From Dipteris shenzhenensis (lineage: Eukaryota): a stretch of DNA of 64,000 nt. The stretch lies in assembly GCA_047967505.1 (NCBI GenBank), contig CM106538.1, one strand, 5' to 3'. The notes under the pieces were generated by a model that saw only the letters and a program-made list of their open reading frames with translations, was not told the origin of the DNA and did no database searches. Position numbers and translations under genes: made by a program. Shown here in pieces: positions 38,930 through 49,490 of this stretch (position 1 is the stretch's first letter; every line of letters begins with the position of its first letter).

Positions 38930-40846
38930 AAATTCGTGCACGTACTAACCAAATACGCATGTGGACTTATCTGTTGGGGATGAAACTCTGCACGGCTCTT
39001 AGGCTACCCTAGACCTACATCCATGCAAGATTTGGTCTCTGAATGATTTGGTATGTGCCATGTGGAAGGTATAATGCATACATTTTTGCATGCACTCACT
39101 ACTAGTGATGACTACGTATTAAAAATGGTGCATGTACTAACCAAATATGCATGTGGACTTATCTGTTGGGGATAAAACTTTGCGCGGCTCTTAGGCTACC
39201 CTAGACCTACATCCATGCAAGATTTGGTCTCCAATTGATTTGGTATGTGCCACGTGGAAGGTATAATGCGTACATTTTTACAATCCCTACTAGTGACTAC
39301 GTATGAAAAATAGCACACGTACTAACCAAATATGCATGTGGACTTATCTATTGGGGATGAAACTTTGCACAGCTCTTAGGCTACCCTAGACCTACATCCA
39401 TGGCAGATTTGGTCTCCAAATGATTTGGTATGTGCCACATGGAAGGTATAATGCGTACATTTTTGCATGCACTCACTACTAGTGACTACGTATGGAAAAT
39501 GGCACACGTACTAACCAAATACGCAGGTGGACTTATCTGTTGGGAATGAAACTTCGCATGGCTCTTAGGCTACCCTAGAACTACATCCATGCAAGATTTG
39601 GTCTCCAATTGATTTGGTATGTGCCACGTGGAAGGTATAATGCATACATTTTTGCAAGCACTCCCTACTATTGACTACGTATGAAAAATGGTGCACGTAC
39701 TAACCAAATATGCATGTGGACTTATCTGTTGGGGATGAAACTTTGCACCGCTCTTAGGATACCTTAAACCTACATCCATACAAGATTTGGTCTCCAAGTT
39801 ATTTGGTATGTGTCACGTGGAAGGTATAATGGGTACATTTTTACAATCCCTACTAGTGACTACCTATGAAAAATGGCGCACGTACTAACCAAATACGCAT
39901 GTGGACTTATCTTTTGGGGATGAAACTTTGCACAGTTCTTAGGCTACCCTAGACCTACATCCATGCACGATTTGGTCTCTAACTGATTTGGTATGTGCCA
40001 TGTGGAAGGTATAATGCGTACATTTTTACAATCCCTACTATAGTGACTACGTATGAAAAATGATGCATGTACCAACCAAATATGCATGTGGACTCATCTG
40101 TTGAAGATGAAACTTTGTGCAGCTCTTAGGCTGCCCTAGACCTACATCCATGCAAGATTTGGTCTCCAACTGATTTGGTATGTGCCACGTGAAAGGTATA
40201 ATGCATACATTTTTACAATCCCTACTAGTGACTACGTATGAAAAATGATGCACGTACTAACCAAATACGCATGTGGGCTTATCTGTTGGGGATGAAACTT
40301 TGCATCACTCTTAGGCTACCCTACACGTACATCCATGTAAGATTTGGTCTCCAACTGATTTGGTATGTGCCACGTGGAAGGTATAATGCGTACATTTTTA
40401 CAATCCCTACTAGTGACTACGCATGAAAAATGGCGCATGTACTAACCAAATACGCATGTGGACTTATATGTTGGGGATGAAACTTTACACAACTCTTAGA
40501 TACTGTAGACGTACATCCATGCAAGATTTGGTCTCCAACTAATTTGGTATGTGCCACGTGGAAGGTATAATGCGTACATTTTTACAATCCCTACTAGTGA
40601 CCGTATAAAAAATGGCGCACGTACTAACCAAATATGTATGTGGGCTTATCTATTGGGGATGAAACTTTGCATGGCTCTTAGGCTACCCTAGACCTACATA
40701 CATGCAATATTGGGTCTCCAACTGATTTGGTATGTGCCACGTGGAAGGTATAATGCGTACAGTTTTACAATCCCTACTAGTGACTATGTATGAAAAATGG
40801 CACACGTACTAACCAAATACGCATGTGGACTTATCTGTTGAGGATG
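38930..40846. repeat. ~185-bp tandem satellite, about 10 copies
   Basis: GTACTAACCAAATA..GTGGACTTATCTGTTGGGGATGAAAC recurs near 38942, 39134, 39319, 39508, 39697, 39882, 40069, 40254, 40439, 40621, 40806. Confidence 0.97.
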
Positions 40847-41045
40847 ATTTTGGACCAATCGTACATAATCATGTATTAATATTTGACACATGTTACTACC
40901 AATGAGCACCATTCCATGCTAAACATTGACATTTTTTTCTTAATCTACAATTTACAAAAATTAGGTACAATATTAGTGTAATAATTGCAAGCATTGATGT
41001 ATACGAAATTCAATATGATATTCAAAATGATCAAGTTCATGGCAC

Positions 41046-41048
<3 letters not shown>

Positions 41049-41088
<40 letters not shown>
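41049..41088. repeat. (AG)n microsatellite
   Basis: Perfect AG run. Confidence 0.95.
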
Positions 41089-41092
<4 letters not shown>

Positions 41093-41459
41093 TACTTGAA
41101 CACCTTTTCAATGCTTAATGTTTACAATTACTTCACACGGCATTATTTTTTAAATACCTTATGTATTAGATGTGTGAATTGAGATATCTGAAATTCAAAA
41201 TGATACTCCTAATTTTAAATGTTTATGTTAGATTTGATCAAACTATAAACTGAGATAAACAAAGTAAGAAGAACATCATGAAAGTACCAAAATGCTTATA
41301 CATCATAAAAGTAAGAACAACATCATGAAAGTACCAAAATGAATGTGTACATCATCATCATCATCGTGCAGAAGTGCATCCCTAAACAAGATATGTGTGA
41401 AGCCTAAACAATCATCCTGAATTAGAATCTGATAACTCCACATATGATCCTCTAGTCGT

Positions 41460-43675
41460 CCTTTCACGTGGCTCTTGTATGACCTGTTGCCAAACCGTCC
41501 TGTGTGCCCTCAGGTAAAGCCGGATCAGATGGACCAGCCTCAGCTCCTGGATCAGATGGGCCAGCCTCATCCTGATAAAGAGGAGGGCATGCTACACGAG
41601 CCACCACTGCCATCTCTGCCTCCCACGCCTCCTCTATGTATGCGCACCTTAGCTCCCGAAGTCGTGCATCTGCAAATACTCGTGCCTCAAATCCAGTGCG
41701 AGTAATCATCTCTACATGTAGAAGACACTGGTCTCGACCCCACCCAAGCTGTTGCTCCACCCACTACTATAATTATATATGAAGCTCTACCTCTTGCTCA
41801 ATACGACGTGCCTCCTCTGCTCGTGCCTCGTCATCTGGCATGAAATCACCATATGAGAAGCGTCGCGAAACACACGCTGCAACCACTGAAGTATCAGCAC
41901 CCTCCTGTTGCAACAACACTCTCTGTGCCTCCTCCCTGTAGTGCTCTGTCAAGACCACGTGGGCAAATGGATCAATGGCCTAACAATGATCAGGATATAG
42001 ATCATCCATGCCTAGTCCTTTGTATGTGGCCATATCAATGTCAGCAAAGCATACAGGGCAGACTAATCCTACCACCATGTGGCGGGTCATGCAATGGAGA
42101 TGTGCAATGTGGCCGCACCCTAGTCCAAACCACCCTATGGTGTCAAAATCCTCATGGCAAAGGATGCAGGTGGTGGTAGGAAGCTTGGCTATGACTAGTG
42201 CATCTATGGGTGTCCTAGTCAGCACATCTATAGGAGGAGCGGGGTACAGGGCCACACTGGGGTTGATCCTATGGCGAGATGGATCACGACTAATATGTCT
42301 CAACTACAAAATATAGTGCTCCGCTCGATGGTAGGCTATGCATGTCCGAATCCTCTGCTCCTCCAAATCTGCCTCCAATTGTCGTACATGAGACTCCATA
42401 TCTTGTCGCAATAGATGTGCCTGCCAAGCAAACATGTCGCATACATGGTGAGAATGAACCAAAAAACTTCAGTTCAAAACATGCAACAAAAAAATACACT
42501 AAAATAATCAGAATAACTAACCTCAACCCTCGACTCAGCCAACAATGCCTCCAACTCTGTAATCCATGCATCTCGAGTATCCAACTCATGCTGAGGCGGT
42601 GTAGATGTGGGAGGTGGTGTAGATGTGGGAGGCTCCATAGATGTGGGAGGTGGAATTGAAAGTGATCTCGATAGGGCAGAGACCATGTCGTGCAAGGATG
42701 AGGCCACTGAATGAACATCCCCCCTAATCCATCCTCCAATAGCTCGCAATGTTTGTGCAGCTTCTGTGCCTCGCGTTGACGCCAAACACCTATAGTCTGA
42801 CGCTCCTGATGCCCCATCCTACCATGTCCCGCTCTTGGGTACTAAGGTAGTCTACCAGATGACCAAGCATAAATTCGGCGTATAGCTGCATGGCAAATGA
42901 CCTGGCTATCTGACGATTATTTCATTTTCAAAGAAATTTCAAACTTTGTGTTAAAGATGCTACACTTCCCTAATTTAAAAAATAATATAAAAACTACTTT
43001 AATCTCTTTTTTAAAATAAACGAAATAGATTATTTTAAAAAACAAAATATATACATTTTGACATTTAAATAAAAATTTCACTAACTTGACAAATAATATA
43101 AAAGCTACTTTAAACTCTTATTTTCTTTTTTTAAATAGATGATTTCTGAAAACAAAATATAAATATTTTTATATTTAATTCAAAACTTCACTAATTTAAA
43201 AAATAACATAAAAACTACTTTAATCTCTCTTTTTTTTAATAGATGATTTTAATAAACAAAATATATACATTTTGACATTTAAATAAAAACTTCACTAACT
43301 TAAATAATATAAAAGCTACCTTAAACTCTTATTTTCTTTTTTTTAAAAAGATGATTAAAAAAATAAAATTTAAACATTTTTGTATTTAAATAAAAAAAGC
43401 ACTAATTTAAAAAATAACATAAAAACTACTTTAATCTCTTTTTTTTTAATAGATGATTTAAAAAAACAAAATATATACATTTTCACATTTTAAATAAAAA
43501 CTTACGTAATTAAAAAAATAATTTAAAAAAACTTTAAAATGCATTTAAAATTTTGAAATATTTTATAATTAAATTAGATATTATTATAAACTAAAATTTA
43601 AATAAATTTTCACAAAAAAAAAAGCTACATAAAAAAAACCTTACGTGGAATCTCCTGCTCCGTCCATCTCCATCG
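41460..43675 (-). pseudogene. Decayed 3-exon gene encoding coiled-coil + RING-H2 finger protein
   Basis: CILC-x12-CGHIAHLHC-x10-CPVC (C3H2C3) at ~42175-42045. TATA-like motif at rc ~43780, MEMDGAGDS then GTAAG donor (~43645). Second intron ~42520-42421. In-frame stops present. Confidence 0.7.
42965..43560. repeat. AT-rich ~107-bp tandem repeat (5-6 units, alternating A/B types) inside intron 1 of the RING gene
   Basis: CTAA(T/C)TT..AAATAA(T/C)ATAAAA(A/G)CTAC recurs near 42970, 43079, 43189, 43293, 43400 and, degenerate, 43505. Confidence 0.85.
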
Positions 43676-43739
43676 CTCCGTCGTTGTCCGTCGGTCCTTG
43701 TCTGTCGCTCTCGCAATTTCGTCGATTTTGATGAGGAGG

Positions 43740-44482
43740 AGCTCGATCGAGGTTTGAAGAATGATGGGGTTCCTCTCTTTATATACGAAAATTTAGGGTT
43801 TTAATACCACGATCGAGGAATTGGAATGCCACATACCTCGATCGTGGTATTGGACATGCAACATACATCATCGGTCCAGCATACCACTTGCGATGCCATA
43901 TACCTCGATCGTGGTACTTCACATGCTACATACATATCGGTCCAACATACCTCGATCGTGGTATAGACATGCCACGATACCTCAATCGAGGTATCTCAGC
44001 TGCCAGCATAGTAGATGTCGGATGCCACATACCTCGATCGTGGTATTTGACATGCCACATACGCATCGGTCCAACATACCTCGATCGAGCTATAGACTTG
44101 CCACGATCCCTCGATCGAGGTATGTCAGCTGCCAGCACAGTACATGTCGGATGCCACATACCTCAATCATGGTATTTGACATGCGGCCAAGTCATCGGTC
44201 CAGCATACCATGATCGAGGTATGTGGACTTGCCACGGTACCTCGATCGAGGTATGTCATCTGCCATGTCGGATGCCACATACCTCGATCGTGGTATTTGA
44301 CACGACCGATGTCATCTATCCACGATACCTCGATCGAGGTATGTGGACTTGCCACGATACCTCGATCGAGGTATAGGCTCGGTTCGGTGAAAGAAAGTCT
44401 AGGACCTCGATCAAGGTATTGGCTTGGTTCAGTTGTCCTCGTGTGCAAATTTCATTGGAGACGATACCTCGATTGAGGTATT
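43740..44482. repeat. Array of ~20 copies of the palindrome ATACCTCGATCGAGGTAT (subterminal repeats)
   Basis: Exact copies at e.g. 44357 and 44326, with many 1-2 mismatch variants separated by variable spacers. Confidence 0.92.
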
Positions 44483-44573
44483 TCACACCAAAGCAAAACC
44501 TTTCACTCGAGGGGGTGTCACACTCACCCGCAAGTGGTCCGAAAGTGGACACCCTTAGCTTGCTACCTCCCTC

Positions 44574-47500
44574 TTGGATGACATCTATGTGAACTCAACG
44601 TGGGATGACCACATGAAGTACCTTAGGCTCATCCTCGAGAAGTGCTGCTTATACCGCATATCCCTGAATCCTCTCAAGTACTAGTTCTGGGTCAAACATG
44701 GTGTCATTCTTGGCCACATAGTGTCCCGGAATGGAATCTCTATGGACCACAATAAAATCAAACTCATCTTGGAGTTACCACCCCCACCAAGGGAGTCTAA
44801 CGATTTACTGGCCACATGGGCTATTACAGAAGATTCATCTTATTCTACAAAACCATAGCCCACCCATTATATGAACTACTAGTATCCTTTGAGTGGACCG
44901 AGGAATGCCAAGAATCCTTCGAAACCCTCAAACTAGCTCTAGCCACCACACCAGTGTTGAGGTCACCCTACTGGAATTTAATATTCCACGTCCATATCAA
45001 TGCCTCCAACTTTGCCATCGGGTGTGTGTTAGCCCAACCCAGGGAGCATAATTTGGATTACCCAGTATACTTTGCGAAGTGCCAACTAATCGAGGCTGAG
45101 GTTAACTACACCACAACTGAGAGGGAAGGTCTACATGGTCTAGTCAAGAAGTTCAGGAACTACCTATAGGCTAACAAGTTTGCCTTCTTCATGGACCACC
45201 AAGCATTGCTATACTTGGTCAACAAGCCCTGCATGACTGGATGCATCACCACATGGATGTTAATCCTTTTAGAGTTTGACTTCATAGTCACTGTACGTAA
45301 AGGGAAAACCCACGTCCTAGCTGACTAGCTATCAAGAATCCCAAATGCTAAAGCCCCAACGGGAGTAGAAGATGATCTCCCAGATCCTTCTCTCTTCTTC
45401 CTTGACATCATCCTTGAATGGGCCACCGAAATCAGCCACTACTTGGCAAACAAATTACCCCTGGGCCAGCCCCTTAAGAAGGATTGAGCCAGTAAACTCA
45501 TTAAGGATGCAATGCCATACCAATTGATAGAAGGCCAACTATACCGTAAGGGCAAGGATGGCATCCTACGAAGATGTGTGTGCGAACATGAATACATGGA
45601 TGTGCTTGAAGAAGCCCACCTAGGAATCGCAGGAGGTCATTTTTCCACTGATGTTCAACGTAAAGTGCTGCAAGCTAGTCTTTGGTGGCCGACACTCTTC
45701 AGAGATGCGGCTAAATTCATCAAACGATGTGACCCCTGCCAGCGTATCCAAATCCCACACAAAGCGAACATGATGCCCTTGATCAGAATCTTGACCGATC
45801 AACCCTTCGACAAATGGGGCATCGATTTCATTGGACCCATAAGCCTAGCGACATCAGTAGCTAAGGGAATCGAGGCTAGATACATCATCCTGGCCGTAGA
45901 TTACTTCACCAAGTGGGTAGAAGGGAGAGCCACTATGAAGGCTGAGATCCACCACCAAATTCTTATATGAACAAGTCATTATGCGGTTTGGATGTCCCTT
46001 GGAGTTAGTCAGCAAAACCAAGGAACTCAATTTCTCAACAAAACGATAGCAATACTGACTACTGAGTTTATGATCATACATAGGAGTCAACACCATAATA
46101 CCCTAGGGCAAATGGTTGACAAAACATGCGTGCCTCATGATCGATGGAGCGCTCTAAGGTGCATGGAACCTATGTGGAGACATGATGAAGAGAGTGCTCA
46201 TGACATGTACCTCAAGTCAATTAGGTTCCAAGATAGATTAGCTTGGACTCATAAATAGAATCTTGAGTGAATGTGCATTTCTTTTTTTTTCAACAATACA
46301 TGATAGGCCTCTTATATAGATAGTGCCCTTGGTATATCCTCTGATCCACATCTCTCCTTGTGGATATCCTTGATTCACAGCTCCACATCATGTAGTCCAC
46401 ATCCCAGGGTGGCTACTTTAATTCTTTCTTATATACCTTAGCCTTTTAATTTGTGTGCACGTGGCACCATATCTCAACACCTCCCCCTGGTGCCATGATC
46501 CATTGGCTACCGTAAGGTGGTCAGATGTGAGTTTACATTCCATCACCTCCCCTTAGTGCATACCTTGCTATATAAGGTGGTCAAGTGTGGCTTTTACATG
46601 TCAATACCTCCCCTGAGTGCTTACATGGCTACTTGTAGGTGGTCAGGTTTGATTTACAAACGTGTGGGCTAAAGGTGGCAAGGTGGTTGCTTCTGAATGC
46701 TTGATGTCGATGACATTCTCTTCTTTGCTTGATGTAGCTTGATGCATGATACTTTGTTCTTCCATGTGCCTTAATGCTTTATGTGTGGATGCCATGCTTC
46801 ATGCTATGATCATCTCATACACTTGTGCTTTTAATTGATTTCTTTCAATATTGGCAGTGTCTAATTGCTAACAATGATTCTAACTTGATAGGCGCGTAGA
46901 GCTCAAAAAGACGATCACTTTTCATTTTTGGAGCGTGTGCAAATTCTTCCTGAATTGGAAGTTACGACTTGCTGAAGTTTTGATCATGAAGAGGGGCAAT
47001 TGATGATGTGGCATAGGGATGCTTACAAACAATGCTTAGCAAGAAGCTGGGTGCTTAGGTGGTACTTGGTGATGTGGCACAGCTTTGACCAAACCCAACC
47101 TGTAACTGAGCCAAACCCTGTGTAACCTAACCAAACCCTTTGAACTCAAGGTTAACTAAACTTAACCATTGTACTAACCAAGGCCAGAATCTATCTGCCA
47201 CATGGCAAGAAACTGATCAAGCCTCTGAACCACGGGTTAACGTCACCTAACCCTCGTTAGATGCTATCTGCCAACAAGAAAAAAGAAATGGAAGCTTGCA
47301 AGCTTCTTTGCAGACAACGGCGACGCGGTGGAGAATCATCGATGACGTGGTGGAGAAGGCGACGCGATGGCGCGGTGTGTCAGTGGAGCAGCCCGAGCAG
47401 TTTTTTCTGGTCTATCATGTGAGAGGCGGTTCGTTTGCTAGAGGTGTCACGCGGGCTGTCGTCTTCTTTGGTCGTAGGAGCTTGCGTTGACGTCGTTTGG

Positions 47501-49051
47501 CTGGTGGAGTGGAAATTGGCATCTATTTTGCTGTTGGAGTAGCCACCCAAGTGTTTCGTGAAGAAGCTTGGAGATCCATCCCGTTGAAGGCGCTTTGTGG
47601 TGCTGTTGTTAGCGCTGCTGAGTACGCTGGAGCTTCCATTCGACTGAGCGGATCGTTGGCTGAGTTGTCTGCCACAACTAATCGGATTATGGAGGGCTCG
47701 TCCGTTGTTGCTGAAGGTGTCCAGCCGAGCCTGGCTGTGAGCTGCCCGATTATGGATGGCTGGAAGAGCCGCTAGGAGATGAGCCTGGGCTAACAAGGAA
47801 GCCCGAATAGGAGATAGAGCTGTGGAGAGCGTCTGTGGCGGCGGGTTTGCAAAATGGCTAGCATCGTTGGAGTGTTGTCATCAATAGAGACCCGTACAAA
47901 AGTGCAATAGGTGAAATGTTGGGGCTGCGCTGGAGATCGTTGCAGGGATGCAGTCCCGTGAGGCCTTAGTTGTACGTTGCGCTATGGCTCTCAGTGAGCC
48001 ACGGAAGCCGAGGTGGCTTTTGCTTGTTGATGAAGCCTTAGCTACTTATTGCTAGAGCCTGTTGATAAGGCTTGAGTAGTCATTTAGGCCGTAGAAGGTG
48101 GGCGCTGAAGTATGGGCCTTTGAAGAAACTCTCTCAAAGAAGAGAAGTTTCTCTCCCTCACAATGAAATCTCACGAGGCAAAGAAAGCATCAGGCTTTCT
48201 CACAAATTTAGTGAAGAGTCGCTCCCTATCTCTCACACTCAATCTCTCAAAGAACTCTCTCACAAAATGAATAGACGGAAATTCTCAAAGAAATGAACGG
48301 AATTTTCATTCAATGGACCGAATTCTCTCTATCAATGGACGGAAATCCCCTTTCATTAATGGAATGAAAGATCTCTCAATCACTCTCTCAATCTTTCTCA
48401 TGCAGATCGCAATGCCTCAACGGAACACAAGGGAGCTTTGCCAGTCATACCGACTGGGAGCATAAGCTCATAGTAGCGCTATGGGCCTATAAAACGTCCT
48501 ACAAAGTGGCCACACATTGTACCCCCTTCAGCCTAGCCTTCAGGGTGGAGGCGGTAATGCCAATGGAGTATGTCGTGCTTAGCCTTCATCTTACCGTTAA
48601 GGAAAGACTCACAGAGAATGTGTTAGCAGAACGGCTAGTTGACCTTGAAAGGTTAGAAGAGACAAGGATGCATGCAGCCTACTCCCTCTGGGTAGAAAAG
48701 GCCCGGCATAAACAGTGGTTTGATTGCAACTTCAAGAATAAGGACATGGCAAAGGGAGGTTTGGCACTCCTATATAGTCTTCGGAATACCAAGTGCAACC
48801 TAAAGTATCAAGGTATGGGTCCCTACCGTGTGGTTGAGAGCACTCCCCAAGGGTCATGCCGAATAGCCACCCTTGATGGAACTGAAATGGATGGCTACCT
48901 TAACAGGAGCAAATTAAAAAGATACTATGGGCCACTCACTCTTTCCACCCTTCAAGCTGTGTATAGAGAAAAAGAACTCAAGGGCGAGGTGGCCAGGATG
49001 AAACGCCAGGCAATGGAGGAAGCTAGAGCTCGTAACGCTAAGCTCCGATAG
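44574..49051 (+). mobile_element. Ty3/gypsy pol (RT C-half, RNase H, INT), split by non-autonomous LTR element copy 2
   Basis: LDDIYV, MGYYRRFI, HINASNFAIGCVLAQ, NYTTTERE, AHLGIAGGHF, CDPCQR, WGIDFIGP. Segment 45692-48914 is the inverted paralog of 3841-7499. Confidence 0.92.
46117..48440 (-). mobile_element. Non-autonomous LTR element, copy 2 (3' LTR 46117-46479; 5' LTR and most of the PBS deleted)
   Basis: Reverse complement of ~4767-7068 at the identical integrase position. A deletion joins the PBS remnant to INT at 48440/48441. Confidence 0.92.
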
Positions 49052-49109
49052 CATAGGCAAATGACAATACTTAAGGCAATGACTGAATAGATGTGACTAA
49101 CGAATGAGC

Positions 49110-49490
49110 TAATAGTACAGCCAGCTAGGTTGCTTGTTCAACTGCAGGTTCCATGCATGCACATCAAAGCACTCGTAGATCTAGAAGCGAGCCACAACTT
49201 CATCTCCCACGAGGTATGGGAAAAGCTACAGGTACCCCTAACCCTCACCGTCGCTTCAGTAAGAGCTATAAATGGCCAACTTGTGCAAACCTTGGGTTTT
49301 GTGAATTTAAGTCTAACGGTTGTTTGTCAGGCAGTGGAATTCGAAATATGGTTTTATTTCTCCCCACAGAAGCAACTGTGACGAACAAATTATATTGGGA
49401 AGGACCTCGTGCTACACCATGAACTGTCAAATTGACTAGCATGCCTAGACTACTTCACTCACAAATGGTGGCAGAATGGCAATAGTCCCA
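49110..49490 (+). pseudogene. Retropepsin-like aspartic protease domain downstream of integrase
   Basis: IKALVDLEASHNFIS..VRAINGQ..TLG.., then, after a frameshift, QIILGRT..NCQID*. Confidence 0.75.

Larger units (their letters stand above)
36620..44573 (+). mobile_element. Sola2-like DNA transposon, left end missing, right end ..CCTCCCTC abutting gypsy RT
   Basis: Transposase relic, internal satellite, RING gene and palindromic subterminal array. The end (rc GAGGGAGG) is followed directly by RT codons LDDIYV. Confidence 0.65.

Noticed and set aside
43740-44482. CRISPR-like repeat-spacer appearance
   Set aside because: Spacers are irregular and repeat each other, there are no cas genes, and the context is a eukaryotic TE. 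Better explained as subterminal repeats.
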